Assembly: GCA_963727825.1 (NCBI GenBank)
Contig: CAVSHO010000011.1
Span: forward strand, 160,001 to 224,000
Source: Ignavibacteriota bacterium
GTDB lineage: Bacteria; Bacteroidota; Ignavibacteria; UBA10030
DNA length: 64,000 bases
Direction of reading: 5' to 3'
Shown here: positions 35,301-44,461 of the stretch, piece by piece
Numbering within the stretch: the first letter of the stretch is position 1
Layout of the letters: each line of letters starts with the position of its first letter
Notes under the pieces: model-generated
Databases searched by the model: none
Seen by the model: the letters and a program-made list of their open reading frames with translations, nothing else
Told to the model about the DNA's origin: nothing
Position numbers and translations under genes: made by a program

Positions 35301-36394
35301 TCCGCCATCGGCGAATGTTTCACCGGCTGTCGCTATAGTCAAATTACCTGCAACCGTAATCGCCTGAAGCCGCTGTTTTTGTGCCTGAGCCCTTGAATGG
35401 TAAGATTTCCATAGGTCGATGGACCGGCACTTGTAACGTTTCCAGCAACATTTTGTCCATTGTGATCGTAGAATTATAATATTACCGTTGAAGTAGCGAC
35501 TAAAGTAATATGAGCAGTAGTATAAAGTTTGTTGGGAACGAAGTTCTTGTTGCGGTGCCTGCGCCGATCTGCAAGGTAGCTCCGTTGGCAACACCCAAAG
35601 TTCCTGTTGCGTTTCCAGTTATCTGAGAATCCGCCATCGGCAAGTGTGCCGTTGAGCACCGATAAATTATTACTCACCGTTGTTGCCGCGCTTAATGTGA
35701 CACCAGCGCTGTTGTTGATCGTAAGATTAAGTGGTGTAGTTGATGTTAATCCATTTCCGGTTACTTGGGCTGCTGTACCATTGTAAATGTAATTTGCTCC
35801 TGCAGTATATGTTCTTGTAGTAGTCTGAATATTACCTGTAGCTCCTGCTGTTGAAATACCGGCTGTTGAACCAACTTGAAGTGTAGCGGTTGCTGCATTG
35901 ATAAACACACCAGCGCCACTTATAATCCCGGCTGGTGGCATAACAAGTGTACCATTGTTAGTAAAAGTATTTGCAGCATTTCCTTCCGTAACAGTTCCAT
36001 TGACAGTCCCTGTAGCTGTCGCTGCGAGTGTAATATTCGGCCTAGTACCATTTGTGTTATTCAATGTGAAGGTCTTTGAAGCAGCTACACTGAATGTTGT
36101 GCTGATAGTAATAGTATTCCCATTTGCAGAAGCTGCAAAAGTACAGGTTCCGTTAATAGTCAGACTATTTAAAGTTATCGTTGGTACTGCTGTAATATTG
36201 CCCGTTTGATCGGCGGGAATAATTACATCATCACCCGTAGTTGGTACCGTGCCACCCCAATTGGCCGCTGTAGTCCATGCACCGCCTGTTGTCGGACTCC
36301 AGGTTCTAGTTGCTGCCATTACCGTTGCGCCAATGAACACAACCATCACCAACAGAACGTTCAGTGCATGCGATATATGATATTTCTTTTTCAT
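20370..36394 (-). CDS. Giant (~5,340 aa) Thr/Gly/Asn/Ser-rich beta-helix-like surface protein with T9SS type-A C-terminal sorting domain; frameshifted near 35360-35630
   Basis: ORF 35474..36400 gives the signal peptide (MKKKYHISHALNVLLVMVVFIGATVMA); ORF 20370..35594 gives the rest, ending QNYPNPFNPTTNITFSIP...SGVYFCRM..TKKMVVLK. The junction lies in a repeat whose intact twin shows the correct frame. Confidence 0.85.
30080..31050. repeat. Intragenic direct repeat (~260 nt, period 711 nt = 237 aa)
   Basis: 30080-30340 matches 30791-31050 (ISIPSVTVSGTYTNNGTL...GYAGTQTVINTNYYNLTLSN); a more diverged copy lies near 31880-32160. Confidence 0.85.
33823..35653. repeat. Intragenic direct repeat (~620 nt, period ~1206 nt)
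   Basis: 33823-34442 matches 35029-35653 (GTLADGGFQITG...AITVAGNLTIATAGETFADGGY...SLTVTGTTSVTG). Confidence 0.9.
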
Positions 36395-36775
36395 TACCAA
36401 GAATTACAAATTATTATCTATGATAGATTCTTATTCCATTATTAATCTGCGAAAGCATTGGTTGCCATCGGTTGCACATGCAATTGCTGCTTGCTAGAAA
36501 GGTACGGTGTACACACTTCAATTCTCCCCCAGAAGTTTACATACAATGCCTTTTCCAGAAGTGTCATGCCCACCTTTATTCTCTTCATATGTAAAATACG
36601 CTTTATTAAGTTCTGTTTCCCTTACAAACTTTCCAGATTTCAATGAACTTATATAAACTGCTTAACATTTTTTTTATAGTAAAAATCTATTCATTTGATA
36701 ACCAAGAATGAAAGGGATAGTATAGTTTTTTAAAAAAATCATTACTTATTTAACCTATTTATTCATATAAATTAT

Positions 36776-37039
36776 GTCAATCTACGTGCCATCACAGATT
36801 CCCTTTTTTAAGGAATTTTCGAGTAATCAGTTCAGACTTGTGCACTATTTCGAGAATATTGACTCATAATGAGAACACGAATATACTGCGTAAATTAACG
36901 ATAAGAATCAAAATTGGACTTTTATTATACAATTGAGTATCATAATGATACATGGCTGTAGCGTTTAGTATTTTGATTTGGCATTTTCTACATAATTATT
37001 AGCAATTTTTATAAAAAATATGCTGGCATATAGATTGAT
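36776..37039. promoter_or_regulatory. Divergent pair of sigma54-type promoters sharing enhancer sites
   Basis: Minus: TGGCACGTAGATTGAC (rc 36776-36791). Sites: GACTCATAATGAGAA 36861-36875 and GTATCATAATGATAC 36937-36951. Plus: TGGCATATAGATTGAT 37024-37039. Confidence 0.75.
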
Positions 37040-37118
37040 TGATATTCATTGTCCTTATTTAACCTATCACAATAAATTGCCTTTGATTATGAAATCATTG
37101 ACAAGAGGTGTAAATAGT

Positions 37119-37832
37119 ATGTACAGTGAGCCGGCTGTTTTTGGAACTCAAAAATTGAAGAGCAAAATTGTCAAGCAGATTTCGCATGAATTTCGTACGC
37201 CTCTTACTTCCATAATTGGCTTCGCCGAGATGCTCGAGGAAGATATCCAGATCAACGAAAATCAGCGGATAGAATATGCAAGTTATATCCGGAACGAGGG
37301 GCTGCGGCTAACGAAACTTGTTGACGACCTTGTCGGACTTGATTCTCTTGAGCAAGGACAGGTTCACCTTCAATTGGAAGAATCTGAAATTCAGGAAACA
37401 GTACGGTATGCCGCAAAGTTTGTCGCGGAACAAGCACTTAATAAGTGCATCCACCTTTCTATCGAGATGCCAGACGAACCTATCCTTCTAAACATTGACC
37501 GTGAAAGAATCGTTCACGCTTTATATCAATTACTCCATAATGCCGTTCGATTCACAAAACCTTGTGGCCTTATAAATCTAAAAGTAGAAGCGGCCGACAA
37601 GTTTGCTATAATCTCCATCCATGATGATGGTCCTGGTATTCCGGAAAAAGATATACCATTTCTATTTACAAGATTTGGAAAGCTATACCGTTCAGGCGAA
37701 GAAACGCATGGCAGCGGAGTTGGACTCGCAATCGTAAAACATATTATTGATCAGCATAACGGCGATATCGCTGTACAAAGCAAAGTCGGAGAAGGTTCAA
37801 CCTTCACAATACAAATTCCGATTCTTTCGTAA
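37119..37832 (+). CDS. Histidine kinase (HisKA + HATPase only, no sensor domain)
   Basis: SHEFRTPL, LLHNAVRFT, DDGPGI, GSGVGL boxes. ORF track starts at 37020, which overlaps the promoter; ATG 37119 has a GAGGTG RBS. Confidence 0.85.
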   Translation: MYSEPAVFGTQKLKSKIVKQISHEFRTPLTSIIGFAEMLEEDIQINENQRIEYASYIRNEGLRLTKLVDDLVGLDSLEQGQVHLQLEESEIQETVRYAAKFVAEQALNKCIHLSIEMPDEPILLNIDRERIVHALYQLLHNAVRFTKPCGLINLKVEAADKFAIISIHDDGPGIPEKDIPFLFTRFGKLYRSGEETHGSGVGLAIVKHIIDQHNGDIAVQSKVGEGSTFTIQIPILS

Positions 37833-37880
37833 TGATTCATTAGAAATCCTTTTTTTCCAAATAGAGGAATTAAATCTATA

Positions 37881-39260
37881 TTGAGCGCAGAACGAATCTA
37901 TATTGTTGATGATGAAATAACAATTGCCAAGCTGCTTGAATTGTGGGTCGGGCATCGATGGGGGTACTCTGTTGAGGTTTTCCATAATGGAAAAGATTTT
38001 TTAGATCGCATAGTAGAGCCTCCTGACCTTGTATTGTTGGACATTATGCTGCCAGATATAAGTGGTATTGATTTATTGAAAGAGTTCAAGCGACGCTATC
38101 CCGAGCTGCCTGTTATCATGCTTTCTGCGCAGGAAAGTATCGAGGTGGCGGTTAATACTCTTAAACTAGGAGCCGCCGACTATTTTAGTAAACCAATTGA
38201 CATGCCGAAGCTGGAACTTGCAATAAAAAATTCTCTCAAACTTGCAGCATTATCCCGTGAAGTTGAGAATTTGCATGAAAGCGTCGGAACACGTTTGCAT
38301 TTCGACAATATAGTTTCACAGAGCGGGGAAATGCAAGATGTGTTTAAACTCGTGAACAAGGTAATGCACATCGATATTTGTGTTCTCATATTAGGCGAAA
38401 GTGGCACAGGCAAAGAGCTCGTAGCTCGTGCAATTCATTATAACAGCGACCGCCGAAGTGGTCCATTTGTAGTCGTGAATTGCGCTTCAATTCCTCACGA
38501 CTTATTAGAAAGCGAACTCTTCGGGCATGAGAAGGGTTCATTTACCGGCGCAATTCAGCGGCGAATTGGAAAATTTGAGCAGGCGAATGGAGGTACAATA
38601 TTTTTAGATGAGATCGGCGAACTTGATCAAAGCCTGCAATCAAAAATACTCCGTGTTATCCAGGAAAAACAATTTGATCGAGTAGGAGGAAGTGAGACAA
38701 TCACAACCGATGCACGACTTATTTTTGCTACACACCGCGATCTTTGGGAAGAAGTGAAACAGAAGAATTTCCGCGAAGATTTATACTTCCGTATTTCGAC
38801 ATTTCCGATTATGCTTCCTCCTCTCCGCCAGCGGAAATCGGATATTCTTTTGCTTGCAGACCATTTTATAAAAAAACTTGGGGAGGAACTCGGGAAGCCA
38901 AATATTCAATTTTCACGCAAAGCTCTCGACTTGCTCTACAACTATCCATGGCCAGGCAACGTGCGCGAATTAGAAAATGTAATTCAACGCGGTTTGGTCT
39001 TGACAGACGGACAGATATTTAGCGAGCGAGAATTACCGATCTTTATTCAGTCTTATGGTTCTGCTGAAACAGACATCAAACAAAATTCAATCTTCCAAGA
39101 GAGCCAGGATTCAATCATTTCATTCGAGAAAATTAAAGAAACCGCTATCCGACAAGCTTTGAAAAATACAAACGGGAATATAGCAGAAGCTGCAAAGAAA
39201 TTAAAAATCGGCCGTGCTACTCTTTATCGGCTCGTAGAAAAATACAAAATTCAAATTTGA
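37881..39260 (+). CDS. NtrC/AtoC-family sigma54-dependent response regulator
   Basis: Receiver (IVDDE, LLDIMLP), Walker A GESGTGKE, GSFTGA loop, FLDEIGEL, WPGNVRELEN, Fis-type HTH. Confidence 0.95.
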   Translation: MSAERIYIVDDEITIAKLLELWVGHRWGYSVEVFHNGKDFLDRIVEPPDLVLLDIMLPDISGIDLLKEFKRRYPELPVIMLSAQESIEVAVNTLKLGAADYFSKPIDMPKLELAIKNSLKLAALSREVENLHESVGTRLHFDNIVSQSGEMQDVFKLVNKVMHIDICVLILGESGTGKELVARAIHYNSDRRSGPFVVVNCASIPHDLLESELFGHEKGSFTGAIQRRIGKFEQANGGTIFLDEIGELDQSLQSKILRVIQEKQFDRVGGSETITTDARLIFATHRDLWEEVKQKNFREDLYFRISTFPIMLPPLRQRKSDILLLADHFIKKLGEELGKPNIQFSRKALDLLYNYPWPGNVRELENVIQRGLVLTDGQIFSERELPIFIQSYGSAETDIKQNSIFQESQDSIISFEKIKETAIRQALKNTNGNIAEAAKKLKIGRATLYRLVEKYKIQI

Positions 39261-39483
39261 TAAATATCCTTTTAGCTGATCTTTAATTATCCTTACTCCC
39301 GCTTGCGTTCTAATTTATTGTTGTGAATTCCCTACCCGTCGCATGCTTACTGTTTTCACAAAGCGATTTCTATACAACTTATTAATTTCACTACAAGTTT
39401 TTAGGTATTAAATCGAAATGGAATAGATCCAATTTGTGTTATTTGCCAACTTTATGAGAAATAGTGATTCTATTTATACGTTC

Positions 39484-39519
39484 AAAATAAAACCCCGACT
39501 ATTTTTATCAGCCGAGGTT
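39484..39519 (-). terminator. Intrinsic terminator downstream of gnd
   Basis: AACCTCGGCT-loop-AGTCGGGGTT followed by TTATTTT on the minus strand. Confidence 0.65.
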
Positions 39520-39575
39520 ATTAAATGAAATTGTATAATCTTAATTAATCTGTACTAACATAGGAATACAAAGAA

Positions 39576-41034
39576 TTACGCAATATATGTTGATGATGAT
39601 GTATCACCACCGCGTCCCGTCCAGTTAGTATGAAAGAATTCTCCACGGGGTTTATCAATGTGCTCATAAGTATGAGCACCGAAGTAATCGCGCTGGGCTT
39701 GCAATAGATTTGCAGGAAGCCGCTTTTGGCGATAGCCATCGTAAAATGCCAACGAAGAACTCATAGATGGCATAGGAATTCCAATTTGAGCCGCTGTCGC
39801 AACAATCTTCCGCCAAGATTCCTGGCAGCTCGTCATTACCTTTTTGAAGTACGGATCGAGAAGAAGATTTGTGAGGTTTGGATTCTTGTCATAAGCATTT
39901 TTAATTTTTCCAAGGAATGTACTACGAATAATACATCCGCCGCGCCAAAGAAGGGCGATACCTCCATAATTAAGATCCCAATTATATTCCTTGGCAGCTT
40001 CCTTCATTAACATATATCCTTGCGCATATGAAGTTAGCTTAGAGGCATACATTGCCTTTCGGATATCTTCAATAAATTTCTTCTTATTGCCAATGATTTT
40101 ATTCTTTTTAGGCCCTTTCAAAATCTTTGAAGCGATGATGCGTTCATCTTTAATAGCAGAGAGACAACGCGCAAAGACAGCTTCTGAAACCATGGTCATG
40201 GGAATGCCAAGATCAAGAGCTGCAACACTTGTCCATTTGCCTGTTCCTTTTTGACCAGCACTATCGAGAATAGAATCGACGACATATTTATTCTTTTCAT
40301 CTTTATAGTTGAGAATGTCTCGAGTGATTTCGATAAGATAGGACTTCAATTCGCCCTCGTTCCACTCTTTAAAAACCTCATACATTTCTTTATTGCTCAT
40401 GCCCAGACCATCTTTCATCATCTGATAACATTCACAAATAAGTTGCATATCACCATACTCAATACCGTTGTGAACCATCTTTACAAAATGACCGGCTCCA
40501 TCGTTTCCAACCCAATCGCAACAAGGTGTACCATCTTCAACTTTTGCAGCGATCGCTTGAAAAATGGGCTTTACAGATGGCCAGGCCGCTGCCGAACCGC
40601 CAGGCATAATGGACGGGCCTTTTAACGCACCTTCTTCACCTCCGGAAACACCGGTGCCAATAAACAATAATCCCTTACTTTCTAAGTACTTTGTTCTTCT
40701 TATGGTATCGGGAAAATGTGAATTACCGCCGTCGATAATTATATCACCGGGCTCAAGGAAAGGAATTAACTTATCAATGAATTCATCGACTGCTTTGCCC
40801 GCTTTCACCATAAGCATTGCTTTGCGCGGACGTTTCAACGATGCTACAAATGCTTGTATTGAATGCGTACCAATGAATTTTTTTCCGGCGCCGCGTCCCT
40901 GAATAAATTTATCCACCTTCTCTATCGTACGATTAAACACTGAAACAGTGAAACCACGGCTTTCGACGTTGAGCACGAGATTCTCACCCATTACCGCTAA
41001 ACCGATTAATCCGAAATCCGCTTTTATGTTCCAT
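39576..41034 (-). CDS. gnd: 6-phosphogluconate dehydrogenase (decarboxylating)
   Basis: GVSGGEEGA, VKMVHNGIEYGDMQ, QAQRDYFGAHTY; true N-terminus MEHKADFGLIGLAVMGEN needs removal of one A in an A-run just after ATG 41034. Confidence 0.95.
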
Positions 41035-41088
41035 TTTTGTTCGTCCTCTATTATTTATGAAACTATTATTTCGATTTCCTCGAATTAA

Positions 41089-42357
41089 TTAAATCGATCT
41101 CCGATACGCCCACAGACCAAGTGCGGGATTTGAAATATAAAAAATCTTTTCTCCATCCGGCATCGTATTAAAACCGTCTTTCAATTTTTCCGGATTGTAT
41201 TTTTTTATCATTTCATCAAGATCTGCATATTTGAAATTGACATTCTCAATTTCCTGCTTCGTTAGATGACCCGGACAATAAGTAATGGAGAACCGATCTT
41301 CAGAAGATCCATGAATCAAATGTGCAGCTGCACCGAGATTGTTTTTCAGATCATCAGAAGTTCTAACGAGTTCTAATACTTTGGTGTGCCAACATAGCCA
41401 TATTTACGAATGAGGACATCGATTTGCTTATCTTCTCCAAATTCTTTCAGTGCAGGAGCCACCACAATAAGCTCTCCGCGATCTGCTATGGCCATACGAG
41501 TTCGATAGATACTCTTGTTGCCAAGCCATGTGCTTTTAAATTCTGAAGGATCCAAAAAAACAATAACTTTCTTCAATGGCTCTTCGACCATTTGGAAATT
41601 CACCTTGAGCGATAACGCAGCTGCAAGATTGAAGCATTCTATATCATCTCCAATATAGAGACCACGAACTTTCAACTGCCCATCTGCCCCAGCCGATACT
41701 ACTGTCTGAATATAAATGATTGGCAGGTGCTTTGCAAAATGATCTGAGGCATAATTATAGACACGCCGGACAGGATTGTCCGCACGTCCCATGATGCGCT
41801 CCATTCCATAAACAGCGCCGAGAAAATGACTTTTATTGATACCTTCTGGTCCACCGGTTCCCACAAGAATATTTTTGTTGTAATTTGCCATACCGATAAC
41901 TTCGTGAGGAACCACCTGGCCAAGCGATAATATCAGATCAAAATTCCCTTCTACAAGAAGTTTATTAACCTGCGCCTTCCATGCGTAATCCAACTTGCCT
42001 TCAGATTGTTGATAAATAAAATCAGAAGGGACTTCACCCAATGTGACGACATCTTTCCGCCAATCGTGCACTCGAAAAAGATTCAAAGGAGTATTGCCGA
42101 ACATCGTCTTAATATCTTTTTCGGTCATGGCAGTATGCGTACCAAGCGCTGGAAGAATATCGGTAAGTTTTTCTTTGTAATATTCCCAAGTGAGTCGTGT
42201 CAGTACGCCCGCATGCGAATGAAATCGAGTAAAATCAGGCGGAATGGCTAAAACTTTTTTCTTCTCACCTAATTTTTCAAATGCTTCAACAAGACCTGTT
42301 TCTTAGATCTTCTTCATCGAGAACATCATTTTCAGAACCGCGCTTATAAAGGAGCAT
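41089..42357 (-). CDS. LarA/lactate-racemase-superfamily epimerase (GntE-like), broken by small indels
   Basis: Fragments join: MLLYKRGS..; PPDFTRFHS, PALGTH; VVPHEVIGMANYNKN; AHLIHGSS..SNPALGLW. Indels near 42300 and 41378. Confidence 0.75.
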
Positions 42358-42449
42358 AAAGCAATATCCTTTTTACCATCTACTTATAAAACAGAGGAAC
42401 GCCATTGTTAGTTCACCAATGACGTTTCTTCTCTATTCTCCAGTAATAA

Positions 42450-43529
42450 TTAACGCTGAATTCGAGCCGATCCGCCTTTAGCAAATGCTTTCACTTGATC
42501 AAGAGTTACCATAGTTGTATCACCTGGAGTCGTCGTCAACATTGCTCCATGAGCCCAGCCAAGATTGACTGCTTCTTGCGGTTGTTCACCTGATAATAGA
42601 CCATAGAAAAATCCAGCAGCATAACCATCGCCACCACCCACACGATCGAAAACATCCAATTCAGCAGTCGGAGATTGATAGGTTTTTCCATCAACCCATG
42701 CTACCGCTGCCCAGCTATGACGATTTGTGGAATGTACTTCACGTAAAGTAGTTGCGACTGCTTTCACATTAGGATGTTTCTTCACAACGAGGTCAATCAT
42801 TTTAAAGAATGCAGTTGGGTCGAGGTTGGACTTTGATTCTACGTCTTGACCTTGAATGCCTAATCCCTTTTGCAGATCTTCTTCATTACCGACAAGCACA
42901 TCAACATTTTCTACAATCTTTGCGATAACTTCAGCTGCTTTTTTTTCACCGCCCCAAATATTCCAGAGTTTAGCACGGAAATTCAGATCGAAACTCGTAA
43001 CAGCGCCAGCTTTCTTAGCCGCCTTCATTCCCTCGATAATAACCTGGCCGGTGGATTCGGAAAGGGCAGCAAAAATTCCACCACTGTGGAACCAGCGTAC
43101 GCCTCCAGTAAAAATTTCGTCCCAATTAAAATCACCTGGCTTCAGCAAAGAACCGGCTTCGTTTGAGCGATTATAAAATACAACAGGCGGACGCACACTA
43201 TGGCCTTGATCGCTGTACACGGTCGCCATATTGGGACCGTTCACACCATTATGTCTAAACTTTTTATAAAACGGTTTTACACCCATCGCACGCACACGCT
43301 CGTTGATTAGATCTCCTATTGGATAATCAACCATTGCCGACACGATAGCTGTTTTCATTCCAAAGCAATCAGATAAGTTTGCAGCAACATTGAACTCGCC
43401 GCCGCTGACATGAATTTTACATTCTGATGCTTTCCGGAAAGGAATAATGCCAGGATCCAACCGATGCACCAAAGCACCGAGAGAAACCAAATCTAACGCA
43501 CCATCTTTCTTTACATTCAATCCACTCAT
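42450..43529 (-). CDS. PfkB-family sugar-acid kinase (KdgK/GntK-like)
   Basis: GGEFNVA, SFDLNFRAKLW, VGNEED, DRVGGGDGYAAG, GGSARIQR C-terminus. Confidence 0.85.
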   Translation of the reverse strand: MSGLNVKKDGALDLVSLGALVHRLDPGIIPFRKASECKIHVSGGEFNVAANLSDCFGMKTAIVSAMVDYPIGDLINERVRAMGVKPFYKKFRHNGVNGPNMATVYSDQGHSVRPPVVFYNRSNEAGSLLKPGDFNWDEIFTGGVRWFHSGGIFAALSESTGQVIIEGMKAAKKAGAVTSFDLNFRAKLWNIWGGEKKAAEVIAKIVENVDVLVGNEEDLQKGLGIQGQDVESKSNLDPTAFFKMIDLVVKKHPNVKAVATTLREVHSTNRHSWAAVAWVDGKTYQSPTAELDVFDRVGGGDGYAAGFFYGLLSGEQPQEAVNLGWAHGAMLTTTPGDTTMVTLDQVKAFAKGGSARIQR

Positions 43530-43559
43530 TATTTGCTCCTTTATCTCTTATTCAAGTCT

Positions 43560-44408
43560 CTATACGCCTGCATACGCCGAGAAACCACCATCAATTGGCA
43601 GAATTATGCCGGTGACAAATTTCGATGCCGGCGACAAGAGCCACAACATTCCGCCTAACAAGTCATCAGGTACGCCAAAACGTCCCGCTGGCGTATGATC
43701 CAGGATTTTCTTGCCGCGTGCGGTCAATTCGCCTGTTGCTTTATCAGTTAATAAAAAACGATTTTGTTCTGTGAGAAAGAAACCTGGAGCGATAGCATTC
43801 ACGCGGATATTCGGTGTATATTCCTGAGCAATATGGACAGCCAGCCATTGCGTAAAATTACTGATGGCAGCTTTTGCTGCAGAGTATGCAGGGATTCGCG
43901 TTAATGGACGGAAAGCATTCATGGAAGAAACATTTAAAATAATACCTTCCTCCTGTGCAACCATAGCTTTCCCAAAGACTTGGCTGGGAATAATTGCTCC
44001 AAGTAAATTGAGATTAGCAACAAACTGAATTGCTTCAGATGGAATATCAAAGAATGACATCTCTGCACTGGTCGTTGCCTTTGGATTATTTCCACCAGCA
44101 CCGTTGATCAGAATATCTACTTTTCCATATTCTGCAAATGTTTTATCGGCAGCTTCTTGCACCTTTACTTTATCAAGCACATCAATAAAAATCGCTTTAT
44201 GCTTACCTATAGTACCGCTTAAAGACTTAAGCGTTTTTTCACCAAGCGACATCTCCCGATCGAGAATAACGACATTCGCATTGCATCCAGCAAGACAGCG
44301 TGCCATTTCGCTGCAGAGTACACCTCCGCCACCGGTGATTGCAACAGTCTTTCCTGTAAAATCATAAGCTTTTGTTAATTCCTGCGAATTCATTGTTATT
44401 CCTTTCAA
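43560..44408 (-). CDS. uxuB: SDR oxidoreductase, D-mannonate oxidoreductase (fructuronate reductase) type
   Basis: TGGGGVLC, INGAGGNNPKATT, PLTRIPAYSAAKAA, PIDGGFSAY motifs typical of SDR-type UxuB. Confidence 0.75.
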   Translation of the reverse strand: MKGITMNSQELTKAYDFTGKTVAITGGGGVLCSEMARCLAGCNANVVILDREMSLGEKTLKSLSGTIGKHKAIFIDVLDKVKVQEAADKTFAEYGKVDILINGAGGNNPKATTSAEMSFFDIPSEAIQFVANLNLLGAIIPSQVFGKAMVAQEEGIILNVSSMNAFRPLTRIPAYSAAKAAISNFTQWLAVHIAQEYTPNIRVNAIAPGFFLTEQNRFLLTDKATGELTARGKKILDHTPAGRFGVPDDLLGGMLWLLSPASKFVTGIILPIDGGFSAYAGV

Positions 44409-44461
44409 TTAAAATTTCATTTGGCTCTTTTTCAATAATCGAATCGCTATAAGTTTAAATA

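Noticed and set aside
35360-35594. First ~78 aa of the 5074-aa ORF (MLPTELPCRS...) as a real N-terminus
   Set aside because: Out-of-frame reading of the damaged repeat copy; no signal peptide. The real N-terminus is at 36394.
30080-35653. Repeat pairs as DGR template/variable repeats or a CRISPR array
   Set aside because: Both copies are in-frame coding modules, differences are not adenine-specific, no reverse transcriptase or cas gene is in the window, and there is no repeat-spacer periodicity.
21235-36445. Many plus-strand ORFs rich in V/P/L/A inside the giant gene
   Set aside because: Antisense shadows of Thr/Gly/Asn-rich codons; no RBS or family signal.
37020-37118. N-terminal extension of the histidine kinase
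   Set aside because: Overlaps the predicted -24/-12 promoter; a better RBS precedes ATG 37119.
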